From sequence record DRR723986_576: DNA of 54,088 nt; one strand, written 5' to 3'. The notes under the pieces were generated by a model. It worked only from the letters and a program-made list of their open reading frames with translations. It was not told the origin of the DNA and did not search any database. Below, one piece after another: positions 9,522-19,086 of the stretch. The stretch's first letter is position 1. Each line of letters opens with the position of its first letter. The position numbers and the translations under genes were made by a program.

Positions 9522-10268
9522 CTACGCATTGTTATTTAAATGATTTTGCGTGTGTTGCTCGTACAGATCTAAAAACTGGTTAATGGCGTTGCTGCTGCCA
9601 TCGATATAGTCGCGTGCTAACTCTGCTGCCTCGTCAGCTTTCCCCTCACGCACCAGCATCGCGAGGCCACGGAATGAGTCCAACTTGCGAAGGTCGCGAT
9701 CCAGCATCTGGGTCAGTAGCTCCCATAGCGGCTCGTAGGTTTTGCGCAGCGAGTTAAAGGCCAGGCGGTAGGCGATATTGCCGCTGCCATCAACCAGCAC
9801 CTCCCAAAATTCAAACGCGAGGCGCTGCAGGTCGACGGGGGCCACTGCCGCCGTCATGTCATCGACCAAGGCATCTAAACGATCAGCGGTAGCTGCGCCG
9901 CCATTCACCGCGGCATCGGCGGCAATCGCCGGAGACAAGACCTGACGCATTCGGACAATGCTGCGCGCCGCGTCGACTTGGATTTGACCGTTCTGGTCAA
10001 ACAACAAACTGGGGAGCAAGTCGGCACTGGCCTCCCTGCGGTAGTCCAGCACCGTTGTCATGCCGCCGTGCTTAACCTCAACCAAGCGCGCTTGTTGCAG
10101 GCGCTTGATCGCTTCGCGAACGGCATTACGGCTCACCCCTAGCATTTCAGACAGCAGCCGCTCCGAGGGCAATTCCTCACCGGCTTTCAGTTCCTGATAG
10201 ACGATGCGATTACGCAATTGGTCGAACACTTCATCCGACACAGACCGCTTCTGTATGGCCTTGAACAT
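9522..10268 (-). CDS. GntR (FadR subfamily) transcriptional regulator
   Basis: LPSERLLSEMLGVSRNAVREAI wHTH plus FCD-type C-terminal domain. Confidence 0.92.
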   Translation of the reverse strand: MFKAIQKRSVSDEVFDQLRNRIVYQELKAGEELPSERLLSEMLGVSRNAVREAIKRLQQARLVEVKHGGMTTVLDYRREASADLLPSLLFDQNGQIQVDAARSIVRMRQVLSPAIAADAAVNGGAATADRLDALVDDMTAAVAPVDLQRLAFEFWEVLVDGSGNIAYRLAFNSLRKTYEPLWELLTQMLDRDLRKLDSFRGLAMLVREGKADEAAELARDYIDGSSNAINQFLDLYEQHTQNHLNNNA

Positions 10269-10524
10269 AGCTGCTACTCTCCCTTGAGGTAACTTATCCT
10301 ACCAGTGGACCTGTTATTGCGCAAATAGGCAAATATGAGCAAAAACGGGAGTCAGAGCAGCGAAGTCCCACCGAAGACGCTCGCCATCATCCCAACACGC
10401 TTAACGCCCTGATCACGATTCGAAAAAACCGGCGAATCAATCGATAAACACACCTAAAGTGGCCTTTCGCCCACGGCGTTTTTTGCCATAATCACTGCAT
10501 AGACAATCAAACAGCGGGCAAGCT

Positions 10525-11958
10525 ATGCGCAAAACGAAGATCATCTGCACCATTGGGCCAGCAACCAGCGACTACGAGTCACTGCACAAACTGGCCGACG
10601 CCGGGATGAATATCGTGCGCCTGAATATGTCCCACGGTGAACACGACAGCTGCGCGCAAATTATTAAGTCCATCAAAACCCTCAACCGCAAACTCCACCA
10701 CCCGGTCGCGGTGCTGATCGACACGCAGGGGCCGGAGATTCGCACCGGCGATATCAATAACGAACTCAGCCTGAAAACCGGCGATGTGATTTCGGTGGTC
10801 GCGCGGGGCGAGGCCGATGTCGAGGCCAGTTCGATCCAGATCAATTACGAAGACCTGATCAACGACGTGAATATCGGCGACAAGATCACCGTCGACAACG
10901 GCCTGATCAACCTCGAAGTGCTCAGCAAAGAACAGCGCACCATGCAGTGCCGGGTAATCGACGGCGGCGTGTTAAAGAGCAAGCGCCACGTTAACCTCCC
11001 TGGTATTCGCGTTAACCTGCCCGCCATTACCGAGAAAGACCGCCGCGACATTTTGTTTGCGATGGAGCAAGAGGTGGACTTTATCGCCCTGTCATTCGTG
11101 CGCAGTGCCGACGACATACGGGAACTGAAAACCCTGCTGGGCGACAAGGTCGATAAGATAAAAATTATCGCCAAAATCGAAGACCAGGAAGGGGTTAAAA
11201 ACCTCGACGCTATTATTCAAGAAGCCGCCGGTGTGATGGTCGCCCGGGGTGACCTGGGTGTGGAAATTCCCTTTGAAGAACTGCCCATTGTGCAGCGGCA
11301 AATTATTTCCCAGTGCGCGAAATACGGCCGTCGCGTGATTGTTGCCACTCACATGCTGGAGTCAATGATCGAAAACCCCATGCCCACCCGCGCCGAAGTC
11401 ACCGATGTTGCCAACGCCGTGTACGAAGAAGCCGACGCCATTATGCTGTCGGGGGAAACCACCGTGGGCAAATACCCGGTGAAATGCGTGGAGGTGTTAG
11501 ACCGCATTGCCCGCTCCATTGAGAAGAATCGCGGCCTGCGCTTTAGCGATGAACTGATCATGGACAACGACAAGCAGGAAATTGCCGCCGCCGCGGTGAA
11601 GCTGGCTGAGTCCATTCAAGCCAAGGCGATTGTTGTGCCAACACGGCGCGGACTGATGGCCAGCCTGGTCACCAACTGCCACCCCCAAAGCTCCATCATC
11701 TGCGCGTTTACTAACGACAGTCGCACCCGCCGCAAGTTGGTGTTAAACCGCAACGTGCTTAGCTACCGCATCAACTTCAGCTCCGACCCAGAGAAGACGC
11801 TCGCCAACGCCGCCCACATAATGATGAGCCGCGACGAATTCAGCGAAACCGATAAAGTGGTGGTGATTTCAGACGCCCTCTCCAGCCACGGTATCGAGGC
11901 GATTCAAATTCGCCAGCTTGGCGACTTGGTAGCGCGCTATGAGATCGACCATGCGTAA
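10525..11958 (+). CDS. pyk: Pyruvate kinase
   Basis: RKTKIICTIGPA, RLNMSHG, DTQGPEIRT, IIAKIE, MVARGDLGVE, MLSGET. Confidence 0.97.
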   Translation: MRKTKIICTIGPATSDYESLHKLADAGMNIVRLNMSHGEHDSCAQIIKSIKTLNRKLHHPVAVLIDTQGPEIRTGDINNELSLKTGDVISVVARGEADVEASSIQINYEDLINDVNIGDKITVDNGLINLEVLSKEQRTMQCRVIDGGVLKSKRHVNLPGIRVNLPAITEKDRRDILFAMEQEVDFIALSFVRSADDIRELKTLLGDKVDKIKIIAKIEDQEGVKNLDAIIQEAAGVMVARGDLGVEIPFEELPIVQRQIISQCAKYGRRVIVATHMLESMIENPMPTRAEVTDVANAVYEEADAIMLSGETTVGKYPVKCVEVLDRIARSIEKNRGLRFSDELIMDNDKQEIAAAAVKLAESIQAKAIVVPTRRGLMASLVTNCHPQSSIICAFTNDSRTRRKLVLNRNVLSYRINFSSDPEKTLANAAHIMMSRDEFSETDKVVVISDALSSHGIEAIQIRQLGDLVARYEIDHA

Positions 11959-12064
11959 CAGGCAGTACGCTCGCGCGAGCCAGGGCCGCAAGCGCAGATT
12001 TCCGGGCATTGATTCCAAGCAGGATGATCTGCGGTAACCCCCCTGCTCACTCGCCGTTATGTGA

Positions 12065-13045
12065 TCACCCATTCAGGTCGATAAGCTCATGTTCGTCAAA
12101 GGCCTGATTCACTGTTTTGCCTTGTGCCTGTGCATCACGTTGCCAGCCATGGGCAACACGCGCCTGCTGCGTACAGGCTGTGTCCATAAACCGAGGCTCG
12201 TCAGTCTTTAGGGCATCGGCAAAGCGGAGATTTTGCCCTGTATGAACACAGTGTTTGATGTAGCCCAGCGCTAATGGGCTTCTTCTGGCCAGGCGCGTAG
12301 CCAGCGCCTTGCTCGCGGCTTCCAACTCAGCCTCATCAACGGCCTGATAGAGCAAGCCCATTTTCTCGGCCTCATCTGCCGTTAAACGCCTGCCCAGCAT
12401 AGAGAGCTCCAGGGCTTTGGATTCTCCAATCAAGCGCGTAAGGCTATGCATACCGCCGGAGCCAGGAACAAGGCCGACCAAACTCTCAATCTGGCCCAGG
12501 TGATAGGGCTCGTCGGCTGGCCCGCGCGTCATCAGCCGGAAGTCACACGCCAATGACAACTCCATACCATAGCCCTGAGTGTTACCACTGATGGCGGCAA
12601 TTACGGGCTTGGCACTGCGGCGCACTTGAAGCACAAAGCGATTAGCGCGGGCATAGACCAGCGCACCTTCCAAGGGTGTACCCCGCGCCAAACGATCGAT
12701 CAAACCGCGCAATGGGCGCGTCGCATCAACGCGAATAAGCAGGCGCGCCAGACTCATCGTCACGCTGACGGCTGGCAAAAACCATCTCCCCAGCAGTGAC
12801 CTTAGCCCCAGCGTTGGTGTTGTCACCCGCTGAATCTCATCCAGCGAGTAATGCGTGATGAATACCCCCGGCTCCGGATTCGCCAGAATAATAACGCGAA
12901 CGTCATCGCGTTTTTCCAGCACTGTGAAAGCGACATGCAAGGCATTTATGGTTTCGCCCACCATGTAGTGCCCGTCAGGATGGCTGAAACACAAGGTGGC
13001 AATGTGCTCGTCCACGCTAACATTGATTCGACGTTCTCCACTCAT
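12065..13045 (-). CDS. Enoyl-CoA hydratase/isomerase family protein with an internal amphipathic insertion
   Basis: KPVIAAISG, GYGMELSLACDFR, ESLVGLVPGSGG. Confidence 0.88.
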   Translation of the reverse strand: MSGERRINVSVDEHIATLCFSHPDGHYMVGETINALHVAFTVLEKRDDVRVIILANPEPGVFITHYSLDEIQRVTTPTLGLRSLLGRWFLPAVSVTMSLARLLIRVDATRPLRGLIDRLARGTPLEGALVYARANRFVLQVRRSAKPVIAAISGNTQGYGMELSLACDFRLMTRGPADEPYHLGQIESLVGLVPGSGGMHSLTRLIGESKALELSMLGRRLTADEAEKMGLLYQAVDEAELEAASKALATRLARRSPLALGYIKHCVHTGQNLRFADALKTDEPRFMDTACTQQARVAHGWQRDAQAQGKTVNQAFDEHELIDLNG

Positions 13046-13944
13046 TGGGCAAGCTCCTTCAGAAAGCGGATTTGGTGGCGAATATTCTCTTCGAAGTACT
13101 CACCGACATAAGGCTGAAAGTGGTTACAGGCCATCTCAACATATCGACTTTGCGGCATCCGTTCGGCGGTCTTTTTCACCGCCGCCAGCGGTGACAGGGA
13201 GTCATCTTTGCCTGCAATAATCAGCGCCGGGCAAGTTACCCTCGCGGCTCGGCGCAGCGGGCTAAACACACCAATCGATAAGAAAAAGCGCGCCGGCAGG
13301 CGGTTCCGCCAGTTAGAACCCTCCGGCACGATACGCATATAGCCATCGTAGGACTCCGCTGTGTTCATTGCGGCGAATTGACCCGGGCGACCCACCACGG
13401 GCACGGTGAACGACCTGCCAGTAAGCAGGTATAAGCCTACGTCCAGCAACGCTGCTGCCAGCCCCTTGGTGGCGTGCAGTAAGCCGACTGCAAACACCGA
13501 GGCCACGTTGTCCACGAATGGCACCTGCGCCACAACCGCGCTTATACCGTCATGCCGAGCAGCCGCGCTTATCACGTGACCGCCGCCAAAGGACGACCCC
13601 CACAAGATTGGTTTGGTGCCTTCCAGACCCGGCAAGCGGCGCACATAATTAATGGCGCTATCCCAATCCTGAGCGTGTCGCCAATGCGACACCCAGTTTC
13701 GCGGCTCACCTTCACTGTCGCCCAGGTTGCGATAATCAAATAGGAAAACGGTGAATCCGAGAGCGGCAAAACGTTCAGCAAATGCTGGCAAGCCAAAGCT
13801 TTTCTCGGCAGCCACACCATGAGCCATGATGATTACCTGTTCTCTATCCACCTCTTGCTCGGGGCGATAAAGCCAGGCGGCGCAAGTCAGGCCGTGGCTA
13901 TCAAACTGGTGATTTTCGCGAGTGAAACACATTGCACTAACCAT
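13042..13944 (-). CDS. Alpha/beta hydrolase (esterase-like)
   Basis: MAHG, FDYRNLGDSEGEPR, nucleophile WGSSFGGG, AGKDD, NHF. Confidence 0.9.
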   Translation of the reverse strand: MVSAMCFTRENHQFDSHGLTCAAWLYRPEQEVDREQVIIMAHGVAAEKSFGLPAFAERFAALGFTVFLFDYRNLGDSEGEPRNWVSHWRHAQDWDSAINYVRRLPGLEGTKPILWGSSFGGGHVISAAARHDGISAVVAQVPFVDNVASVFAVGLLHATKGLAAALLDVGLYLLTGRSFTVPVVGRPGQFAAMNTAESYDGYMRIVPEGSNWRNRLPARFFLSIGVFSPLRRAARVTCPALIIAGKDDSLSPLAAVKKTAERMPQSRYVEMACNHFQPYVGEYFEENIRHQIRFLKELAQ

Positions 13945-13948
13945 TCAA

Positions 13949-14341
13949 CTATATTGCGGACTGTGATCGCTCAAGCCACGCTTGTTCTTCACCCGGCTCT
14001 GGCAAAATTTCCCCGCCTTCCATCGCCCAACTCGCTGGAAAGCCAAGCAGCGTCGCTAACACCTTCTCGGTAGATAACTGCGTCGCCTCAGCAATACCGT
14101 CGCGAATCCTCAGGCGTAAATCCTCGGTGAGTTCGGCATTGCGGTTACCGCCACTACGAACATTGCACACCACACCAACATCATGGCCGCCCTTAATACG
14201 ATGTCCTTCCATGAAGATCACATTGACGAATTCAGCGGGGGCACCGGTCATAGCGCAGTGAATATCGGTAATGGCATCCGCGGTTTTCTTACGCGTTTCG
14301 TAACTCAGCGGCCTGCGAGTAGCGACGTTATATACGGGCAT
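13949..14341 (-). CDS. Tautomerase superfamily protein, cis-CaaD/Cg10062-like
   Basis: Pro-1 after Met (PVY), AITDIH, VRSGGNR, MEGGEILPEPGEE resemble cis-CaaD P1/H28/R70/R73/E114 positions. Confidence 0.8.
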   Translation of the reverse strand: MPVYNVATRRPLSYETRKKTADAITDIHCAMTGAPAEFVNVIFMEGHRIKGGHDVGVVCNVRSGGNRNAELTEDLRLRIRDGIAEATQLSTEKVLATLLGFPASWAMEGGEILPEPGEEQAWLERSQSAI

Positions 14342-14351
14342 AGCAAGGCTC

Positions 14352-14804
14352 CTAAAGATTCGGGTTAAACTGAATGGGCGCACCCGAGAGAGCCGCTTTT
14401 AAAAAAGAACAGAGCATCTTAAAAACGAGGTGCAGACGGCCAATCAAGTCGAGCCTTTCCCGGCTGCTTTCAAACAACTCTGCAAACAAATCCTCCTCGA
14501 CCACAGCCAGCATTAGCTCGTCGGGGTGTTGCGCGGTCAACGCCAGCCAGTCTTTCTCCAGCGCCTTCATCATTGCAACGCGCTTGGCTTGCTCAAGCCC
14601 CTTTTCGCACTCCATCGTCACCAGCGATGAACGCGAGTCCTCGTATTTAGTGAAGGCCTGGCCAGCGGGAATGCGATTCCAGATCGTCATCAATTTTTCC
14701 GTGCCGATGTACCGCTGGTAATGCTGCTTGATGTAACTATCCAGACGGCGTATGTCGGCCTGGGATAGCTGCTGCTCTTGAACAATAATCAACGCTTTGC
14801 GCAT
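14352..14804 (-). CDS. Hypothetical protein, possibly tautomerase-fold without Pro-1
   Basis: 150-aa ORF with RBS (GAGAGAGG); beta-alpha-beta pattern and IPAGQAF segment. Confidence 0.6.
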   Translation of the reverse strand: MRKALIIVQEQQLSQADIRRLDSYIKQHYQRYIGTEKLMTIWNRIPAGQAFTKYEDSRSSLVTMECEKGLEQAKRVAMMKALEKDWLALTAQHPDELMLAVVEEDLFAELFESSRERLDLIGRLHLVFKMLCSFLKAALSGAPIQFNPNL

Positions 14805-14914
14805 GGCTGCCTCTCCTGTAGTGCCACACTACTGTAAGGAAAGTGGGCCAGCGTAGTGATGATTAAGCTGGTCATTTAATTGATATTTAAGGCCAAATCA
14901 CTTAAAAGTCGATC

Positions 14915-15931
14915 ATGGATACTCAGCCGAACAAGCGCGCCATCTCAAGCATCAAGGCCATGACCGACCTTGGCATCGAATATGGCCTTAGCCTCGACCA
15001 ATGCCTGGACAGCACGGCTATCACCGCACAAGACCTCACCGATCCCGAGGCAATGGTTACGGTTTCCCAAGAGCTGCAAGTCATCGACAACCTGGTACGG
15101 CACCTGCCACACGTCAAAGGCCTGGGGCTGCAGGCCGGCATGCGCTACCAGCTCACGACACTGGGCATCTGGGCGTTTGCCATTATTAGTAGTCCAACAT
15201 TACGCGCCGCAATCGAAGTCGGGGTTCGCTTCGTCGACCTTTCCCATGTATTAGCGAAATATGACTTTATCGAAAAGGAAGACTCGGCCGAAATTCATAT
15301 CGGCATCGAACACATCCCGCCGCACTTACGGACATTTGTGCTGGAGAGGCAACTCGCCACCACGCTTTTGCTAATACGGGAAATGACCGGGGAAGCGCTT
15401 ATGCGCCCCAGAGAGCTATATCTAAGTATTGGTGAACTGCCGTTTACGACGCTGCCCGATATTCTTCGAGGCACCCAAGTGCATTTGAACAGCAGCATGA
15501 ATCGCCTGGTGCTGGACAAGGCGCTTTTGGACAAGGCCACACCGAAAGCCAACCCGGCGACCGCCGCATTCTGCGTGCAGCAATGCGAAGAGTTACTCAA
15601 TAAGCGCAAAGCACTATCAGGGTTCTCTGGCGAGGTTCGAGCCCTGCTGCTGTCGCACATCGACGCTATGCCCTCGCTGAACGAAGCCGCAAAGCATTTC
15701 CACATGAGCCCGCGCACCTTCCGTCGGCGCCTGGAAGAGAATGGCAGTCACTATCGCGAACTATTAGATGAAACCCGCCAAGGCGTCGCCACTGAATTGC
15801 TGAACACAGCAAATCTCAGTGTGGAATCTGTTGCAGAACGTCTGGGATACGCTGAAACCGCCAGTTTCATTCATGCATTTAAACGCTGGACAGGTACGAC
15901 GCCTGGGCAATATAAGAAGCACCCGCGCTGA
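14915..15931 (+). CDS. AraC-family transcriptional regulator (Arabinose_bd_2 type)
   Basis: LGIWAFAIISSPTL; C-terminal MSPRTFRRRL...AERLGYAETASFIHAFKRWTG. Confidence 0.93.
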   Translation: MDTQPNKRAISSIKAMTDLGIEYGLSLDQCLDSTAITAQDLTDPEAMVTVSQELQVIDNLVRHLPHVKGLGLQAGMRYQLTTLGIWAFAIISSPTLRAAIEVGVRFVDLSHVLAKYDFIEKEDSAEIHIGIEHIPPHLRTFVLERQLATTLLLIREMTGEALMRPRELYLSIGELPFTTLPDILRGTQVHLNSSMNRLVLDKALLDKATPKANPATAAFCVQQCEELLNKRKALSGFSGEVRALLLSHIDAMPSLNEAAKHFHMSPRTFRRRLEENGSHYRELLDETRQGVATELLNTANLSVESVAERLGYAETASFIHAFKRWTGTTPGQYKKHPR

Positions 15932-15951
15932 ACCGCTCAGGGGCCAAAAAC

Positions 15952-16359
15952 CTACCACACCAACTTGCGCAGGCTACTCGCACAGGCCTTTAACGATGCC
16001 GGTCTCGCGGTTCCCCATACGAGACGACCAAAGATAAATATACCGTGAAAAAAACTATTCCTTATTCCTCGCTGATCGAACTTGCTAAAGCGAATTGATG
16101 TGGGGGCAGTCCCACGCCCTGCCAACTTGAATCTACTTGGCACATCACCATTCGCCGCCCGCTCAAGGAACTCCGCGAACGAATTAGCGGTGGACGGCGT
16201 CAACGGATAAGGCACTTCAATTATCGCGTCCGAATTTAATAGCGTTACACCGGGGCAACGATTTCCGCGGATGTCACTCAAATAGCACACATAAATCAGC
16301 ACCTCACCAAAGCTGTGGTAGCTGAGAGTCTCTTCTCGTTTATACCGATAAAATCGCAT
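15952..16359 (-). CDS. Hypothetical protein
   Basis: 135-aa ORF in low-GC segment; no recognised motif. Confidence 0.4.
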   Translation of the reverse strand: MRFYRYKREETLSYHSFGEVLIYVCYLSDIRGNRCPGVTLLNSDAIIEVPYPLTPSTANSFAEFLERAANGDVPSRFKLAGRGTAPTSIRFSKFDQRGIRNSFFHGIFIFGRLVWGTARPASLKACASSLRKLVW

Positions 16360-16403
16360 AAGGAATTACACACTACCTCTGTCGAAAAATCGTACGCGCT
16401 CGG

Positions 16404-17357
16404 CTATTCACGCGCCTTTGAGCCACCGATATTTGCGCGCAGCCAACGATTGATATTCTTCACCACCACACTTCGCTGACTGACTCCGTGAGGATCGCTG
16501 AGGCGATGATCCAGCTCCTCGTACTTTCGATATTCAATATTATTTTTTCCAGCCTTGCGAAGAGCAGCCACTAACTCATCCACCTTCTTAGGCGATACCG
16601 AGACATCTCTCCCTCCCTGAACAATCAGCAAAGGGCTATCGACCGCGTCGAGAAGTGCCAATTGATCCAGAGACAGCATTTCATTCCACCACTTGTAACC
16701 ATGACCACTCACCACAAGGTCAGATGGCGGACTATTCAGGATATGGCGCGAAAAACCTCTAAAGCCGTTAATCGCCTCTTCGACATCGTCGCTATCTTCC
16801 GCGCTTGCCGCGATGCTGTGAAACACATCATCAATAAACCAGCGCCCGCCACCGTTGAACGCCACCGTAGCACTTACCTCATCAACCTTTGTCGCCACCA
16901 TGTTTGCGACCGCAGCACCCTCGCTACCACCGAGCACAATCAGGTTCGCGTATCGACCACGCTGCCTTACGCCAGCGAGAACCGCCTTAATGTCAGCCAC
17001 GCGCTGTTGTGGGCTATCATTTTTCAAATACTGGGAAGGGCAATCGCTACGCTCCACATCCGCGCTAAAATTCAGCGTCTTATCAATGCCGTATTTTTCT
17101 ATCAGCAGAACATCCGCTTCTGGCCATACGTTTCGGTAGTCGGAAAATATTGCTTCCACCTGCAGAACACTGTTGCAATCAGAACCTTGGAGGATCAGCA
17201 ATAAGGTATCGCTCGCTGACGCGTTGGAAGGTTGCAGAAGGTAATAATGGATGGTCGAACCATCTTCTCGGCCCATTACATAGTCGCGAATGCTTTCTGC
17301 ATACGCGCCATGAGCCAGAAACAGTAACACTGCAAAGATAAATCGAACCGTCATCAC
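16404..17357 (-). CDS. Secreted alpha/beta hydrolase (peptidase S9/esterase-like)
   Basis: Signal peptide (AYA), GGSEGA nucleophile motif, VQGGRD, LDH. Confidence 0.85.
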   Translation of the reverse strand: MMTVRFIFAVLLFLAHGAYAESIRDYVMGREDGSTIHYYLLQPSNASASDTLLLILQGSDCNSVLQVEAIFSDYRNVWPEADVLLIEKYGIDKTLNFSADVERSDCPSQYLKNDSPQQRVADIKAVLAGVRQRGRYANLIVLGGSEGAAVANMVATKVDEVSATVAFNGGGRWFIDDVFHSIAASAEDSDDVEEAINGFRGFSRHILNSPPSDLVVSGHGYKWWNEMLSLDQLALLDAVDSPLLIVQGGRDVSVSPKKVDELVAALRKAGKNNIEYRKYEELDHRLSDPHGVSQRSVVVKNINRWLRANIGGSKARE

Positions 17358-17451
17358 TTACCTAAATTCCACAACAAAACACCCACACAACAGAGGCTTC
17401 AAGCCACCTGTTTTCCCGACACCGTTAACCACTATTTCTGGATCAGGCCAA

Positions 17452-17877
17452 TTAAGAAAATGCACCGAGAATTGCGCCGATTAGCGCCAACTCAACGAGG
17501 CTATGCGCCGCATTGACTATCGTGAGCGTTGAAGACGTACGCGCAAAACCGTTGTAGTAAGCCAACGACGTACCGGTGAATGCAACGGCCAGGGCCGCAC
17601 CTAACGCAGCTCCGGCTAGCACACCCGATAGCTGAAGTGCCGACATTAGCAACGCGAGAAGCAGTGTTTTTACCAAACCTGACACCAGTGAAATAGCAAA
17701 CGCGCCGCCGAGCCCCTCGGTACTCTCAGCCTCCTCTTTTGTCAGGCCCAATGCATTTGCCCATGCCTCACCAAAAACCGCCCAGTGATACCAAGTAAAA
17801 CCAAGCAAGTAGCTAGCGATCGCTGCAGCAGCAATCGCTATGTAGTTTAGGTTTTGTAGCGCTTCAAGAATGTTCAT
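17452..17877 (-). CDS. DUF1761 family membrane protein
   Basis: NYIAIAAAAIASYLLGFTWY..FGEAW pattern, four TM helices. Confidence 0.8.
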   Translation of the reverse strand: MNILEALQNLNYIAIAAAAIASYLLGFTWYHWAVFGEAWANALGLTKEEAESTEGLGGAFAISLVSGLVKTLLLALLMSALQLSGVLAGAALGAALAVAFTGTSLAYYNGFARTSSTLTIVNAAHSLVELALIGAILGAFS

Positions 17878-18017
17878 CTATATTTTTAACTCAAGAGTGG
17901 GACACATGGATTGCCAATTTTTAGATTTTAGATGGGCGTCTAATATTTTGGTTAGACTCCTATCAATCAAACCAAGGGGAGGTTCCGGGGAACTACACCG
18001 CGAACTGGCGTGGCCTT

Positions 18018-18173
18018 TTATGCATCTTTGTTTTTGTCAGATTCTAGAGCGTTGAAATACAGAACGACTTCACCAATTAGTGGGAGTAACTCCTCAACAT
18101 ACTCGTAGGCATCATCAGTTTCCCCAATTCCTTCAAGGGCGTACTGACCGATGATAGATTTTCTATTCTTCAA
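18018..18173 (-). pseudogene. Short gene remnant (51 codons, TTG start) between attC-like sites
   Basis: LKNRKSIIGQYALEGIGETDDAYEYVEELLPLIGEVVLYFNALESDKNKDA*; protein-like composition, low GC. Confidence 0.35.
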
Positions 18174-18196
18174 GATTAACCGTTCCGGATTAACAT

Positions 18197-18277
18197 GCGT
18201 AATTCCACATAAAAAGCGAGCGACTTGTTGCTGACCCAGCCCACAGAGTGTGGCGAATTTTGATGGCCTTATTATTC
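18197..18277 (-). mobile_element. Degenerate integron attC-like site
   Basis: Minus strand GAATAATAAGGCCATCAAAA...GCCACACTCTGTGGGC...CAGCAACAAGTCGCTCG...TTTTATGTGGAATTACGC overlapping a stop codon; imperfect long palindrome. Confidence 0.45.
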
Positions 18278-18691
18278 GTTTTTGACTCGTTTGAATCTGA
18301 GAAAATATTCACGATCCCTGCAAACCAAATCTTTCTTTAAATCACAACCAAAACGCATCGATTGCAATTGCCTGCCATTTTCACAATTACCAGGTTCAAG
18401 AGATATTATGAATTTATTGTTAGAAGGAATGATTTCAGACACCCCATACTGTATACAGGTCGTCGGACTTCCCCCTAAAAGCGAAGAATTATTAGGATAG
18501 TAAATCTGCATTACGGCCACATCTTTGGCCACACACATACGCATTAAATTCCTAATACCCGGTACTTGTTCAGTTACGTACTCCCAACAGCCCTCAACCG
18601 ACTGCCAAACCGTACGAGAATTTTCAGGTTTGACCACACAGCCGGCACAAACCACTATAAATATGGCGACATATATCTTCACGACACACAA
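18272..18691 (-). CDS. Hypothetical Cys-rich lipoprotein (cassette-like, low GC)
   Basis: Hydrophobic N-terminus with lipobox-like CAGC; several further Cys. Confidence 0.6.
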   Translation of the reverse strand: MCVVKIYVAIFIVVCAGCVVKPENSRTVWQSVEGCWEYVTEQVPGIRNLMRMCVAKDVAVMQIYYPNNSSLLGGSPTTCIQYGVSEIIPSNNKFIISLEPGNCENGRQLQSMRFGCDLKKDLVCRDREYFLRFKRVKNE

Positions 18692-19008
18692 TAGCTCGTT
18701 AAAGAGGACTTCGTCCTCACAATAATCCTTATCGGGAAGTCACGAGAACAATGGCAAAGTACGCCAAGTGCGGACTTGCTGGGGGTGTACTTTAAGGGGG
18801 GCTTCACATCCATGTTGTAGTCACTTATTGCTTCCATTCTTAAGTACGCGGTGGCGTTTTGCTGCGGCCTGCAGCGCCATAAGCAGGTACTCATACTGCA
18901 TTGAGTATTCCACACTCTTTGGCGGCTTGGAACCGGCGAATTATCGATGCGCTAATCGCCAAGCTTCTTTGTATTGGGTTATTTAATTGCCGACGTAGGC
19001 AGGTTTGG

Positions 19009-19025
19009 TGCGACACCATGTCACA
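19009..19025. promoter_or_regulatory. RegA/PrrA/RoxR-like box upstream of the copper receptor
   Basis: TGCGAC-ACCAT-GTCACA, near GCGNC-N5-GTCGC type consensus. Confidence 0.35.
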
Positions 19026-19086
19026 TCCTCAGGCGTTGAGTCAGTCATTAGACTATTGCCGACATCTATAATTAGGCGATTTTTCT

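Noticed and set aside
10291..10306. FadR-type autoregulatory operator (ACTGGTAGGATAAGTT on minus strand)
   Set aside because: Palindrome too degenerate to support from sequence alone
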